A stretch of DNA of 64,000 bases, taken from Terriglobales bacterium. Lineage in GTDB: Bacteria > Acidobacteriota > Terriglobia > Terriglobales > Acidobacteriaceae. The notes under the pieces are model-generated. The model saw only the letters and a program-made list of their open reading frames with translations, searched no databases and was not told the DNA's origin. This document shows, piece after piece, positions 52,442-60,813 of the stretch. Each line of letters begins with the position of its first letter. Position 1 is the first letter of the stretch. The stretch spans positions 1,169 to 65,168 of the forward strand of contig JBAVVP010000163.1 in assembly GCA_049697355.1 (NCBI GenBank), in the 5' to 3' direction. Both the position numbers and the translations under genes were made by a program.

Positions 52442-53950
52442 ATGGCTAACGGTGCTCAAAGGCTTGCCTCCAGAGAAAAGATCGGTTACGCCCTCGGCGA
52501 CGTCGCGACCAACTTTTTCTTTCAGTCGATGATTCTCTACCAGACCCGTTTTTATACAGACACGGCTGGGCTTTCCGCGGTGGCGGTTGGCTCGATGTTC
52601 CTGGTGCTCCGGCTCGGCGATGCCGTCATTGATCCGGTGATCGGCGCATTGTCGGACCGGACGCAAACCCGCTGGGGCAAGTTCCGCCCCTGGATTCTGG
52701 GAACCGCTATCCCCTTCGGCGTGATTTTCTGGCTCGTGTACGTAACCCCGAACTTTGGACCTCACGGGAAGCTCGTCTACGCCTACATCACTTACTCGCT
52801 GGTGATGATGCTCTATTCCGCCAACAACACGCCCTATTCGGCTCTCATGGGCGTGATGACGCCCGATAGCAGCGAGCGAAGCAGTATCGCCGGCTATCGC
52901 TTTGTCGGAGCCTTGATCGGGCAGTTCATCATTCAAGCGCTCCCGCTGCCACTGGTGGCCAAGCTGGGCCATGGCGATTCCGCCAGGGGCTGGGCAATCA
53001 CGATGGCGATCTTCGGGTTTCTCATCATCATTCTGAACCTGATCACATTCGCCACTACGCGCGAACGGGTTTTCTCCGCCCCCGGACAGAAAGCCTCCCT
53101 GCGTGCCGACCTGAAGGACGTTTTCACTTGTCGTCCGTGGATCGTAATGTTCGTTCTCACGCTGCTCATCTTCACAACGCTTGTGGTGCGCGGCAGTTCG
53201 TTGAACTATCTCTTCGCCTACTACCTTGACCAAGGGACGGTCAAGGCATCCCTCGACAAGCTCGGTCTCGCAGCCCTCGGCGCCGGGCCGGTAACAAGCT
53301 GGAAGTTGGGGTTGAACGCCCTCGGCCTGCTGGTGAATCGTGACGGCTCGAATGCCGCCGCCGTTGGCCTGAGCTTGTTTTTTGTGCTGGGCAGCTTGAT
53401 TCAAATTGTCGGGATCGTCTTTTCCAAAGCCCTCGCCGATCGCTTCGGTAAAAAGGCGGTCTTCATCGCAGGCATGTCGGTCACGGCCATCGCGACCGCA
53501 CTCGTTTTCTTCGTCACGCCGACATCGATGACCCTGCTGGTCGTGCTCAGCATCCTCTGGCCCATCGGGTGGGGGCCCACCGTGCCGTTGCTGTGGGTGA
53601 TGATCGCCGACGTGGCCGACTTCTCGGAGTGGAAAAACTCGCGCCGCGCTACGGGCTTCATGTATGCGGGCATTCTCTTCGCTCTTAAAGCCGGTTTGAG
53701 CCTTGGTGGAGCGCTCAGCGCATGGGTGATCGCCGCCTATGGCTACGTTCCTAACGTCCCGCAAACACAGCGCGCCCTGCTCGGGATCCGCCTGGGTGCG
53801 ACTCTCTACCCGGCCGCCACCCTCGCTCTCGGCATCGTATGTTTGGCGATCTACCCGATCGGCAAGACGCTCAATATCCGCATCCAGGACGAGCTGACCG
53901 AACGGCGAAAGAAATACTCAACCCCAAACACGGTCGCCGCTACGTCGTGA
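52442..53950 (+). CDS. Glycoside-pentoside-hexuronide (GPH):cation symporter family MFS transporter
   Basis: 502 aa. KIGYALGDVATNFFFQSMILYQTRFYTD and DRTQTRWGKFRPWIL are typical of MelB/XynT-like GPH carriers. Confidence 0.9.
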   Translation: MANGAQRLASREKIGYALGDVATNFFFQSMILYQTRFYTDTAGLSAVAVGSMFLVLRLGDAVIDPVIGALSDRTQTRWGKFRPWILGTAIPFGVIFWLVYVTPNFGPHGKLVYAYITYSLVMMLYSANNTPYSALMGVMTPDSSERSSIAGYRFVGALIGQFIIQALPLPLVAKLGHGDSARGWAITMAIFGFLIIILNLITFATTRERVFSAPGQKASLRADLKDVFTCRPWIVMFVLTLLIFTTLVVRGSSLNYLFAYYLDQGTVKASLDKLGLAALGAGPVTSWKLGLNALGLLVNRDGSNAAAVGLSLFFVLGSLIQIVGIVFSKALADRFGKKAVFIAGMSVTAIATALVFFVTPTSMTLLVVLSILWPIGWGPTVPLLWVMIADVADFSEWKNSRRATGFMYAGILFALKAGLSLGGALSAWVIAAYGYVPNVPQTQRALLGIRLGATLYPAATLALGIVCLAIYPIGKTLNIRIQDELTERRKKYSTPNTVAATS

Positions 53951-53962
53951 GAGATCAACGCT

Positions 53963-55648
53963 GTGGGCTGCGGCATCGAACACGATTCAGCAGAGTCCGC
54001 AACGAGTGGAACGCGGACTTGCACTTCGGAGAATCGGTGGTACTATAACAGGTCCGTTAACGTACACGATGTCCTTTCTCTGCACATTCTTGAGTTTGGC
54101 AGCCAGCCCACCCGATGTGCATACCTAAAGCTAGCGCGAAGGAGGAAGCTTATCTACGCACTCGGGATTGACGTAGGAACCGGCGGAACGCGGGCCCTTA
54201 TTGTGGATCAAGACGGGTCTGTAGTTGCCTCCGCCACGGAAGAGCATGCTCCCTTTGCGTCGCCGCAGATTGGCTGGGCCGAGCAGCAACCTGACGATTG
54301 GTGGGCTGCTTGTGCGATTGCCGTTCCACGCGCTCTGGAGCGTGCCGGACTGCGGGGGAGCGACATCGCTTGTCTGGGTTTCTCCGGACAAATGCACGGC
54401 GCCGTAATGCTCGATGAGAGTGGGCGGGTGGTGCGTCCGGCACTGATCTGGTGCGACGTGCGCACCCATCGCCAGTGCTGCGAGCTAACGGAAAAGATCG
54501 GAGCCGAACGGCTCATTCAGCTGACCTGCAATCCGGCTCTGCCCAACTTCACGCTGACCAAGTTCCTGTGGGTGCGAGAAAACGAACCGGACAACTGGAA
54601 GCGGGTTCGCTCGGTCATGCTGCCCAAAGATTATGTTCGCTACCAGCTCACGGGAGATCGCGCCACCGACATGGCGGATGCTTCCGGGACTCTGTTGCTG
54701 GATGTTGCCAACCGGCGCTGGTCCCACGAGATGCTGGAAGCGGCCGAAATCGATCGAGCCTTGTTGCCAGCCCTCTATGAATCGCCCGACGTTTGCGGGA
54801 AAGTGTCCGCTCGTGCCGCTGCCGCCACGGGTTTGAAGGCCGGAACTCCGGTGGTCGCGGGCGCCGGGGATCAGGCGGCAGGGGCGACCGGGATGGGGAT
54901 TGTGACGCCGGGTGCGGTGAGCGCGACGATCGGTACGTCCGGGGTCGTATTTGCGGCGACCGATGCGCCGGCGCTGGATCGCAAGGGACGACTGCATACG
55001 TTTTGTCACGCGATTCCCGGCCGCTGGCACGTGATGGGTGTTACCCAAGCGGCGGGGCTCTCCCTGCGCTGGTTTCGCGATCAGTTTGGCGGAGGCAACG
55101 ACGATGGGCGAGATCCTTATGAACGTTTGACAGAAGAAGCGGCGACCGCGCCACCGGGCTGCAATGGGCTCTTGTTTACGCCCTATCTCATGGGTGAACG
55201 CACACCGCACCTGGATCCTCGCGCCCGAGGCGCTTTCGTGGGCCTTACGGCCTCCCATACCAGGGGGGATGTGATTCGCGCGATTCTTGAGGGCGTCGCG
55301 TTCAGCTTGCGCGACACCTTTAGCATTTTCGATGAGATGAATGTCCCGGTAAAAAGCGTGCGGCTGGGCGGAGGCGGCGCCAGGTCGACACTGTGGCGGC
55401 AGATCCAGGCCGATGTTTACAGGCACGAAGTTGAAGTCGTCGAGGCAGAAGAGGGAGCCGCGTACGGCGCCGCCCTGCTGGCGGGTGTGGGCGCGCGGAT
55501 GTGGGCTTCGGTGGATGAGGCATGCACCTCGGTTGTACGCGTCGTAAAGAGGGTCCGCCCCAACGCAGATGCGGTAGCTACGCTGAACAAGAACTATGCG
55601 GCCTATCGCCGTGTGTATGGTGCTACGCGCGACATCTTTGCCGGCTAA
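53963..55648 (+). CDS. xylB: Xylulokinase (FGGY family)
   Basis: YALGIDVGTGGTRALIVD plus FGGY blocks throughout. The only canonical in-frame start is GTG 53963, about 63 codons upstream of the conserved N-terminus. AGGAGG at 54140-54145 precedes an ATC at 54152. Confidence 0.9.
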   Translation: MGCGIEHDSAESATSGTRTCTSENRWYYNRSVNVHDVLSLHILEFGSQPTRCAYLKLARRRKLIYALGIDVGTGGTRALIVDQDGSVVASATEEHAPFASPQIGWAEQQPDDWWAACAIAVPRALERAGLRGSDIACLGFSGQMHGAVMLDESGRVVRPALIWCDVRTHRQCCELTEKIGAERLIQLTCNPALPNFTLTKFLWVRENEPDNWKRVRSVMLPKDYVRYQLTGDRATDMADASGTLLLDVANRRWSHEMLEAAEIDRALLPALYESPDVCGKVSARAAAATGLKAGTPVVAGAGDQAAGATGMGIVTPGAVSATIGTSGVVFAATDAPALDRKGRLHTFCHAIPGRWHVMGVTQAAGLSLRWFRDQFGGGNDDGRDPYERLTEEAATAPPGCNGLLFTPYLMGERTPHLDPRARGAFVGLTASHTRGDVIRAILEGVAFSLRDTFSIFDEMNVPVKSVRLGGGGARSTLWRQIQADVYRHEVEVVEAEEGAAYGAALLAGVGARMWASVDEACTSVVRVVKRVRPNADAVATLNKNYAAYRRVYGATRDIFAG

Positions 55649-55676
55649 ACGGTTTTTGTTTGAGGGAGGCACTCTT

Positions 55677-56849
55677 ATGATAAAGAACGGAAAATACGAA
55701 CCCAAGGCAGAACACAAATTTACCTTCGGCCTCTGGACTGTGGGAAACCGCGGGCGGGATCCCTTTGGCGATGCTGTGCGGGAGCGGATGGCTCCGCCAG
55801 AACTGGTCAATCTTTTGGGTGAGGTAGGGGCATGGGGCGTGAATCTCCACGACAACGACTTGGTTCCGATTGATGCCACGCCGGCGCAACGCGATCAGAT
55901 TGTCTGTGCTTTCAAGAAAGCCTGCGATCGCAACCACATCGTCGTGCCCATGGCGACGGTTAACCTGTTCTTCCACCCCGTCTTCCGCGACGGAGCTTTC
56001 ACCGCGAATGATCCCGAAGTACGCGCCTACGCGCTCCAGAAGACGATGCGCGCGATGGATCTCGGGGCAGAACTGGGCGCGAAGGTCTTCGTTCTTTGGG
56101 CGGGGAGAGACGGCGCTGAAACGGATGGTTGCCGCCGGGCCGACGTTGCCGTCCAGCGCGCGCGCCATGCCATTAACTACCTTTGTGAATACAACGCCGA
56201 CAAGAAATACGGTTTCAAGTTCGCTCTGGAGGCTAAGCCCAACGAACCACGCAGCGATATTTATTTTCCAACCATCGGGCACTATCTGGCGCTGATCCCA
56301 ACCCTGGATCATCCCGAAATGGTCGGGGTCAATCCTGAGGTGGCTCATGAGCAAATTTCTGGCCTGAACTTCATGCACGGAGTGGCACAGGCCTGGGAAG
56401 CGGGGAAACTCTTCCACATCGATCTGAATGATCAGGCGCCGGGACGCTTCGATCAGGATTTGCGTTTTGGCTCGCACAACCTCAAATCCGCTTTCTGGCT
56501 GGTGAAGTTCCTGGAAGATGTCGGTTACGAAGGCTCGCGCCACTTCGACGCTCATGCCTACCGCACCGAGGACTACGAAGGCGTGAAGGATTTCGCTCGT
56601 GGCTGCATGCGCACTTATCTCATCCTGAAAGAGAAGGCGGAGCAGTGGAGTGCCGACAAGGAAATCCGGGACATTCTGAAGCAGATCGAAGCAGAGACAA
56701 AGGATACGCCGCCGGTGGACAAGCACTCGCGAAACGGTGCTGCCGCCCTGTTGGGATATAGCTTCGACAAGGCCAGGATTGCGAAAAAGCCTTTGCCTTA
56801 CGAACGGCTCGATCAGATCACCGTCGATATTCTTCTCGGCGTCCGCTAG
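55677..56849 (+). CDS. xylA: Xylose isomerase, class I (short, actinobacterial-type)
   Basis: Track ORF starts at 55596; ATG 55677 has GGGAGG upstream. FTFGLWTVGNRGRDPFG, FALEAKPNEPR, FHIDLNDQ. Confidence 0.9.
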   Translation: MIKNGKYEPKAEHKFTFGLWTVGNRGRDPFGDAVRERMAPPELVNLLGEVGAWGVNLHDNDLVPIDATPAQRDQIVCAFKKACDRNHIVVPMATVNLFFHPVFRDGAFTANDPEVRAYALQKTMRAMDLGAELGAKVFVLWAGRDGAETDGCRRADVAVQRARHAINYLCEYNADKKYGFKFALEAKPNEPRSDIYFPTIGHYLALIPTLDHPEMVGVNPEVAHEQISGLNFMHGVAQAWEAGKLFHIDLNDQAPGRFDQDLRFGSHNLKSAFWLVKFLEDVGYEGSRHFDAHAYRTEDYEGVKDFARGCMRTYLILKEKAEQWSADKEIRDILKQIEAETKDTPPVDKHSRNGAAALLGYSFDKARIAKKPLPYERLDQITVDILLGVR

Positions 56850-56887
56850 CGAACCACCCAGGGTTTGGATTTGCGACGGTTGCGGCG

Positions 56888-59860
56888 ATGCGTTCTCTCT
56901 CGACGAAAGACTGGTCTCGTGCTGCAAGTTCCCGCGAGTGTGTCCTGCCGGTCAAGTGGCCCGGCAAGACGATTCTGTTTGTCCTGTGTCTTTTCAATTT
57001 CGCTCAACCCAGCTTCGCTCTTGGCCAGGCACGGTATGTGGAGTACGTTCATCGGCCCGGCAGCTTTGCCATTGCGCAAGGAAGAACCCTCGCCAGCATT
57101 TATGTAGACCCCAACGATTACGCGGGTGTGCTGCGGGCCGCCAGGGACCTGCAAGCCGACGTCGCTCGGGTCACCGGCCGCAGCCCCACGGTTGCTGAAG
57201 TCGGAAGCGATCTCGGAACCCATGAGATCGTGGTAGGCACGATCGGAAAGAACGCAGTCATCGACCGGCTCATCCGGCAACGGAAGATTGATGTAACCGC
57301 TATCGCCGGGCAGTGGGAGTCGTTCCTCATTCAAGTTGTTCGGAAGCCTGTGCCCGGAGTTGAAGTCGGATTGATTATTGCCGGGAGCGATAAGCGCGGG
57401 ACCATCTATGGCATCTACGACCTTTCGGAGCAGATGGGAGTGTCTCCCTGGTATTGGTGGGCTGACGTTCCTGTCGCTCATAAAGACGCTCTCTTCGTGA
57501 AGGCGGGCAAGTTCGTACAAGGGCCTCCCGCGGTCCGGTATCGAGGAATCTTCTTGAACGACGAGGCTCCCGCGCTGGCTGGCTGGGCGCACGAAAAGTT
57601 CGGAAACTTCAACCATCAGATGTACGAGAAAGTTTTCGAGCTCCTGCTGCGGCTCAAAGCCAACTATCTTTGGCCGGCCATGTGGAACAACGCTTTCAAC
57701 GAGGACGATCCGCTGAACCCAAAGCTGGCCGACGAATATGGCATCGTGATGGGAACCTCGCACCACGAGCCGATGCTGCGAGCGCAACAGGAGTGGAAGA
57801 GGCACGGCACGGGACCCTGGAACTATGCGACCAATGCCGAGGTTCTCCGCCAATTCTGGACGGAGGGTGCCGAGCGCAACAAGAACTATGAAAGCATTTT
57901 TACCATCGGCATGCGTGGCGATGGCGACCTGCCCATGGTGGAGGGCGGCGACATGGCGGACAACGTGAATCTGCTGGAACGGATTGTCACTGACCAACGA
58001 AAGATCATCGCCGATCGCGTGAATCCCGACGTTTCTAAAGTGCCCCAGCTCTGGGCGCTGTACAAGGAAGTGCAGGAGTACTACGAGCGTGGGATGCGAG
58101 TTCCAGACGATGTGACTTTGCTCTGGTGCGACGACAACTGGGGCAATGTCCGAAGGCTGCCGACTGACGACGAAAGAAAACGCAGTGGCGGCGCCGGAGT
58201 TTACTACCACTTCGATTACGTGGGAGGTCCGCGCTCCTACAAGTGGCTCAACACGATTCCAATCACAAAAGTGTGGGAGCAGATGAACCTGGCGTATCGC
58301 TACGGGGCGGATCGCATTTGGATTGTCAACGTGGGCGACCTCAAGCCCATGGAGTTTCCGACAGAATTCTTCCTTACGTTGGCGTGGAATCCCGGTCGAT
58401 GGTCGCAGGATCAATGGTCGCAGGAGAAGATTCGGGAATATACCAGAAGTTGGGCTGAGCGCGAGTTTGGACCGAGATACGCGCTGGAGATTTCCGACAT
58501 CATTTCCGCATATACAAAATACAACGGACGGCGGAAGCCTGAACTTCTCGACCCCGCTACTTTCAGTCTGGTGGATTACGCGGAAGCGGACCGTATCGTC
58601 GCCGAGTGGGAAGCAGTTGTTGCGAAGGCTGAGCACATCGATCGAAGCCTGCCGAAGAATGCGCGCGACGCTTTCTTCGAACTCGTGCTCTACCCGGCAA
58701 AAGCCTCCGCTCAAGTTGTTCAGCTCTATGTGACGGCGGGAAAGAACCAGTTGTATGCCAGCCAAGGCCGGGCCAGCACGAACGACCTCGCGGCGCAGGC
58801 CCGAGCGCTGTTTCGCGCTGACGCTACGCTTTCCGAGTTCTACAACCACACTCTCGCGCACGGAAAGTGGAACCATATGATGGACCAGACTCATATCGGA
58901 TATTCCTCGTGGAACGAGCCGTCCTCAAACGTCATGCCCAAAGTCGCTGAGATTGAAGTCCCGGTGGCCGGCGCACTGGGGGTCGCGGTTGAAGGTTCGA
59001 CGGCGGCTTGGCCGGGCACATCCGGCGAGCCTTCGCTTCCGCAATTTGACGGGTTCAACCAGCAACGGCGCTACATCGACGTCTTTAATCGCGGAGCCGT
59101 GCCCTTTCAATTCACAGCCACGGTCAGCGCGCCGTGGATTGTGCTGGACAGAACGCGGGGCTCCATAGAGCGCAGCATCATAGAAAAAGAGCGGCGCCTC
59201 TGGGTGAGCGTGGACTGGCAGAAGGTGCCGAAGGGCTTGTCTAAAGGTGCGGTAACGATTGTGGGTGCTGGCGCTGAAGCCACCGTCAGAGTGGAAGCAT
59301 TCAATCCTGAAACACCGGCCAGAGCTTCCTTGCCCGGCTTTGTTGAGGCGAACGGTTACGTTTCCATCGAAGCTGAGCACTATACGAAAAAGATTGACGC
59401 GACTACAGTGCACTGGGAGAAAATCGCGGACTACGGTCGGACGCTGTCATCCATGTCGATCTTTCCAGTTACCTCACGAAGCGTGACGCCTCCTGACCCT
59501 CCGTGTCTCGAGTATCGAATGTATTTATTCCACGCGGGGCCGGTTGCAGTTGAAGCGATCCTTGCCCCGACCTTGAATTTTGTGCCCGGGCGGGGTCTGC
59601 GGTACGCAATCTCATTCGATGACCAACCGCCCCAGATCATTGATGTGCTGGCGCACAATACGCTTGCAGATTGGGAGAAGTCGGTTGAGGATAGCGTGCG
59701 CACGGTCAAGTCGACGTACATTCTGGCAAGACCGGGCTATCACACTCTGAAGTTCTGGATGGTAGATTCGGGAGTCGTACTGCAGAAGTTGGTGGTCGAT
59801 CTGGGTGGCGTAAAACCGAGCTACCTCGGACCGCCGGAGAGTTATCGGGGAACCCCATGA
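56888..59860 (+). CDS. GH115 xylan alpha-glucuronidase family
   Basis: 990 aa. IIAGSDKRGTIYGIYDLSEQMGVSPWYWWADVPV is typical of GH115. Hydrophobic N-terminal segment ILFVLCLFNFAQPSFALG. Confidence 0.85.
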   Translation: MRSLSTKDWSRAASSRECVLPVKWPGKTILFVLCLFNFAQPSFALGQARYVEYVHRPGSFAIAQGRTLASIYVDPNDYAGVLRAARDLQADVARVTGRSPTVAEVGSDLGTHEIVVGTIGKNAVIDRLIRQRKIDVTAIAGQWESFLIQVVRKPVPGVEVGLIIAGSDKRGTIYGIYDLSEQMGVSPWYWWADVPVAHKDALFVKAGKFVQGPPAVRYRGIFLNDEAPALAGWAHEKFGNFNHQMYEKVFELLLRLKANYLWPAMWNNAFNEDDPLNPKLADEYGIVMGTSHHEPMLRAQQEWKRHGTGPWNYATNAEVLRQFWTEGAERNKNYESIFTIGMRGDGDLPMVEGGDMADNVNLLERIVTDQRKIIADRVNPDVSKVPQLWALYKEVQEYYERGMRVPDDVTLLWCDDNWGNVRRLPTDDERKRSGGAGVYYHFDYVGGPRSYKWLNTIPITKVWEQMNLAYRYGADRIWIVNVGDLKPMEFPTEFFLTLAWNPGRWSQDQWSQEKIREYTRSWAEREFGPRYALEISDIISAYTKYNGRRKPELLDPATFSLVDYAEADRIVAEWEAVVAKAEHIDRSLPKNARDAFFELVLYPAKASAQVVQLYVTAGKNQLYASQGRASTNDLAAQARALFRADATLSEFYNHTLAHGKWNHMMDQTHIGYSSWNEPSSNVMPKVAEIEVPVAGALGVAVEGSTAAWPGTSGEPSLPQFDGFNQQRRYIDVFNRGAVPFQFTATVSAPWIVLDRTRGSIERSIIEKERRLWVSVDWQKVPKGLSKGAVTIVGAGAEATVRVEAFNPETPARASLPGFVEANGYVSIEAEHYTKKIDATTVHWEKIADYGRTLSSMSIFPVTSRSVTPPDPPCLEYRMYLFHAGPVAVEAILAPTLNFVPGRGLRYAISFDDQPPQIIDVLAHNTLADWEKSVEDSVRTVKSTYILARPGYHTLKFWMVDSGVVLQKLVVDLGGVKPSYLGPPESYRGTP

Positions 59861-60777
59861 ACAAGCTCAAGGTCGTCTTATCCTTAATTACCCGTGACAA
59901 CGACTATCAGCTGGAGCAAGCCAAGGCCGCCGAAACGGTGGCGCAACAACAGAACGTGGAACTGGAGATTTTCTACGCCGACAGCAACTCTGTCACCCAG
60001 AGCGCGCAACTGCTCGACGTAATTCACAAGTACAAGGCGGGGCTGAGCGCCATACTAGTCGAGCCTGCGGGAGGCACTGAATTTCCGCAGGTGAGTCGAG
60101 CCGCCGTCAGCGCGGGCATCGCATGGGTTGTTCTCAACCGCGATGCCAGTTCCCTGGCGGATTTGCGGGGGAACTTTCCAGCGCCGGCTTTTGCCGTCAG
60201 TTCCGACCACAAACAGGTGGGGCGCATTCAGGCGCAGCAACTCGCCGCGATTCTCCCGCCAGCCGCAACCGTCCTGTGCATTCAAGGTCCGTCAAATACC
60301 CTGGCCGCACAGCAGCGGCTCATTGGTCTTGAGGGTGCAAAGGCGGCGAGCATAACCCTCAAGCTGATGAAAAGCCATAATTGGACGGAGGAAGGCGGCT
60401 ATCACGCGGTCTCGTCGTGGTTGCGCCTGACTACCTCGCAGCAGCAGCCGCTTTGCGCCGTCGCCGCTCAGAATGACTCCATCGCCATTGGAGCGAGGAA
60501 AGCGTTTGAGGAGGCAAAGCTCTTAGTGCCCGGCGGGGCGCGGTCGCAATTGCTTTTCCTCGGAGTGGACGGGTTGCCCCGCACCGGGCAGGCCTTTGTC
60601 AACCGTGGTTTGCTGATCGCAACTGTGGTGGTGCCGCCCGTCGCTGGCCCGGCACTGGAAACTGTCGTGAAGGCCATCACTGCCAAGACCGTGCCACCCG
60701 AACTGCACTTGATTCCCAGCTACTCCTACCCGGACATCGAATCGCTCAGCCGAATCGCAGTGGTCACGGACCGATAG
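59857..60777 (+). CDS. Periplasmic-binding-protein-fold (ribose/LacI-core-like) sugar-binding domain protein lacking both signal peptide and HTH
   Basis: The ATG overlaps the GH115 stop (ATGA at 59857-59860). 306 aa, beginning directly with the first beta-strand of the fold (KLKVVLSLITRDNDYQLEQAKAAE...). Later AAQNDSIAIGARKAFEEA is typical of the PBP type I fold. Confidence 0.75.
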   Translation: MNKLKVVLSLITRDNDYQLEQAKAAETVAQQQNVELEIFYADSNSVTQSAQLLDVIHKYKAGLSAILVEPAGGTEFPQVSRAAVSAGIAWVVLNRDASSLADLRGNFPAPAFAVSSDHKQVGRIQAQQLAAILPPAATVLCIQGPSNTLAAQQRLIGLEGAKAASITLKLMKSHNWTEEGGYHAVSSWLRLTTSQQQPLCAVAAQNDSIAIGARKAFEEAKLLVPGGARSQLLFLGVDGLPRTGQAFVNRGLLIATVVVPPVAGPALETVVKAITAKTVPPELHLIPSYSYPDIESLSRIAVVTDR

Positions 60778-60813
60778 GCACGCCGGATAGCCACTCCCAG
60801 GAAGGGACACAAT

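Noticed and set aside
52424-53764. 446-aa minus-strand ORF
   Set aside because: It is antisense to the GPH transporter. The product is charged and low-complexity (runs of H, R, E, D) with no domain.
54485-56927. Two long minus-strand ORFs (54485..55879, 55623..56927)
   Set aside because: They are antisense to xylB and xylA, both of which carry textbook motifs. No RBS or family signal was seen on the antisense frames.
56846-58894. 682-aa ORF on the minus strand
   Set aside because: It is antisense to the GH115 gene, whose sense frame has clear family motifs. The product is Arg/Gly/Pro/Val-rich with no recognisable domain. This is a typical long shadow ORF of high-GC DNA.
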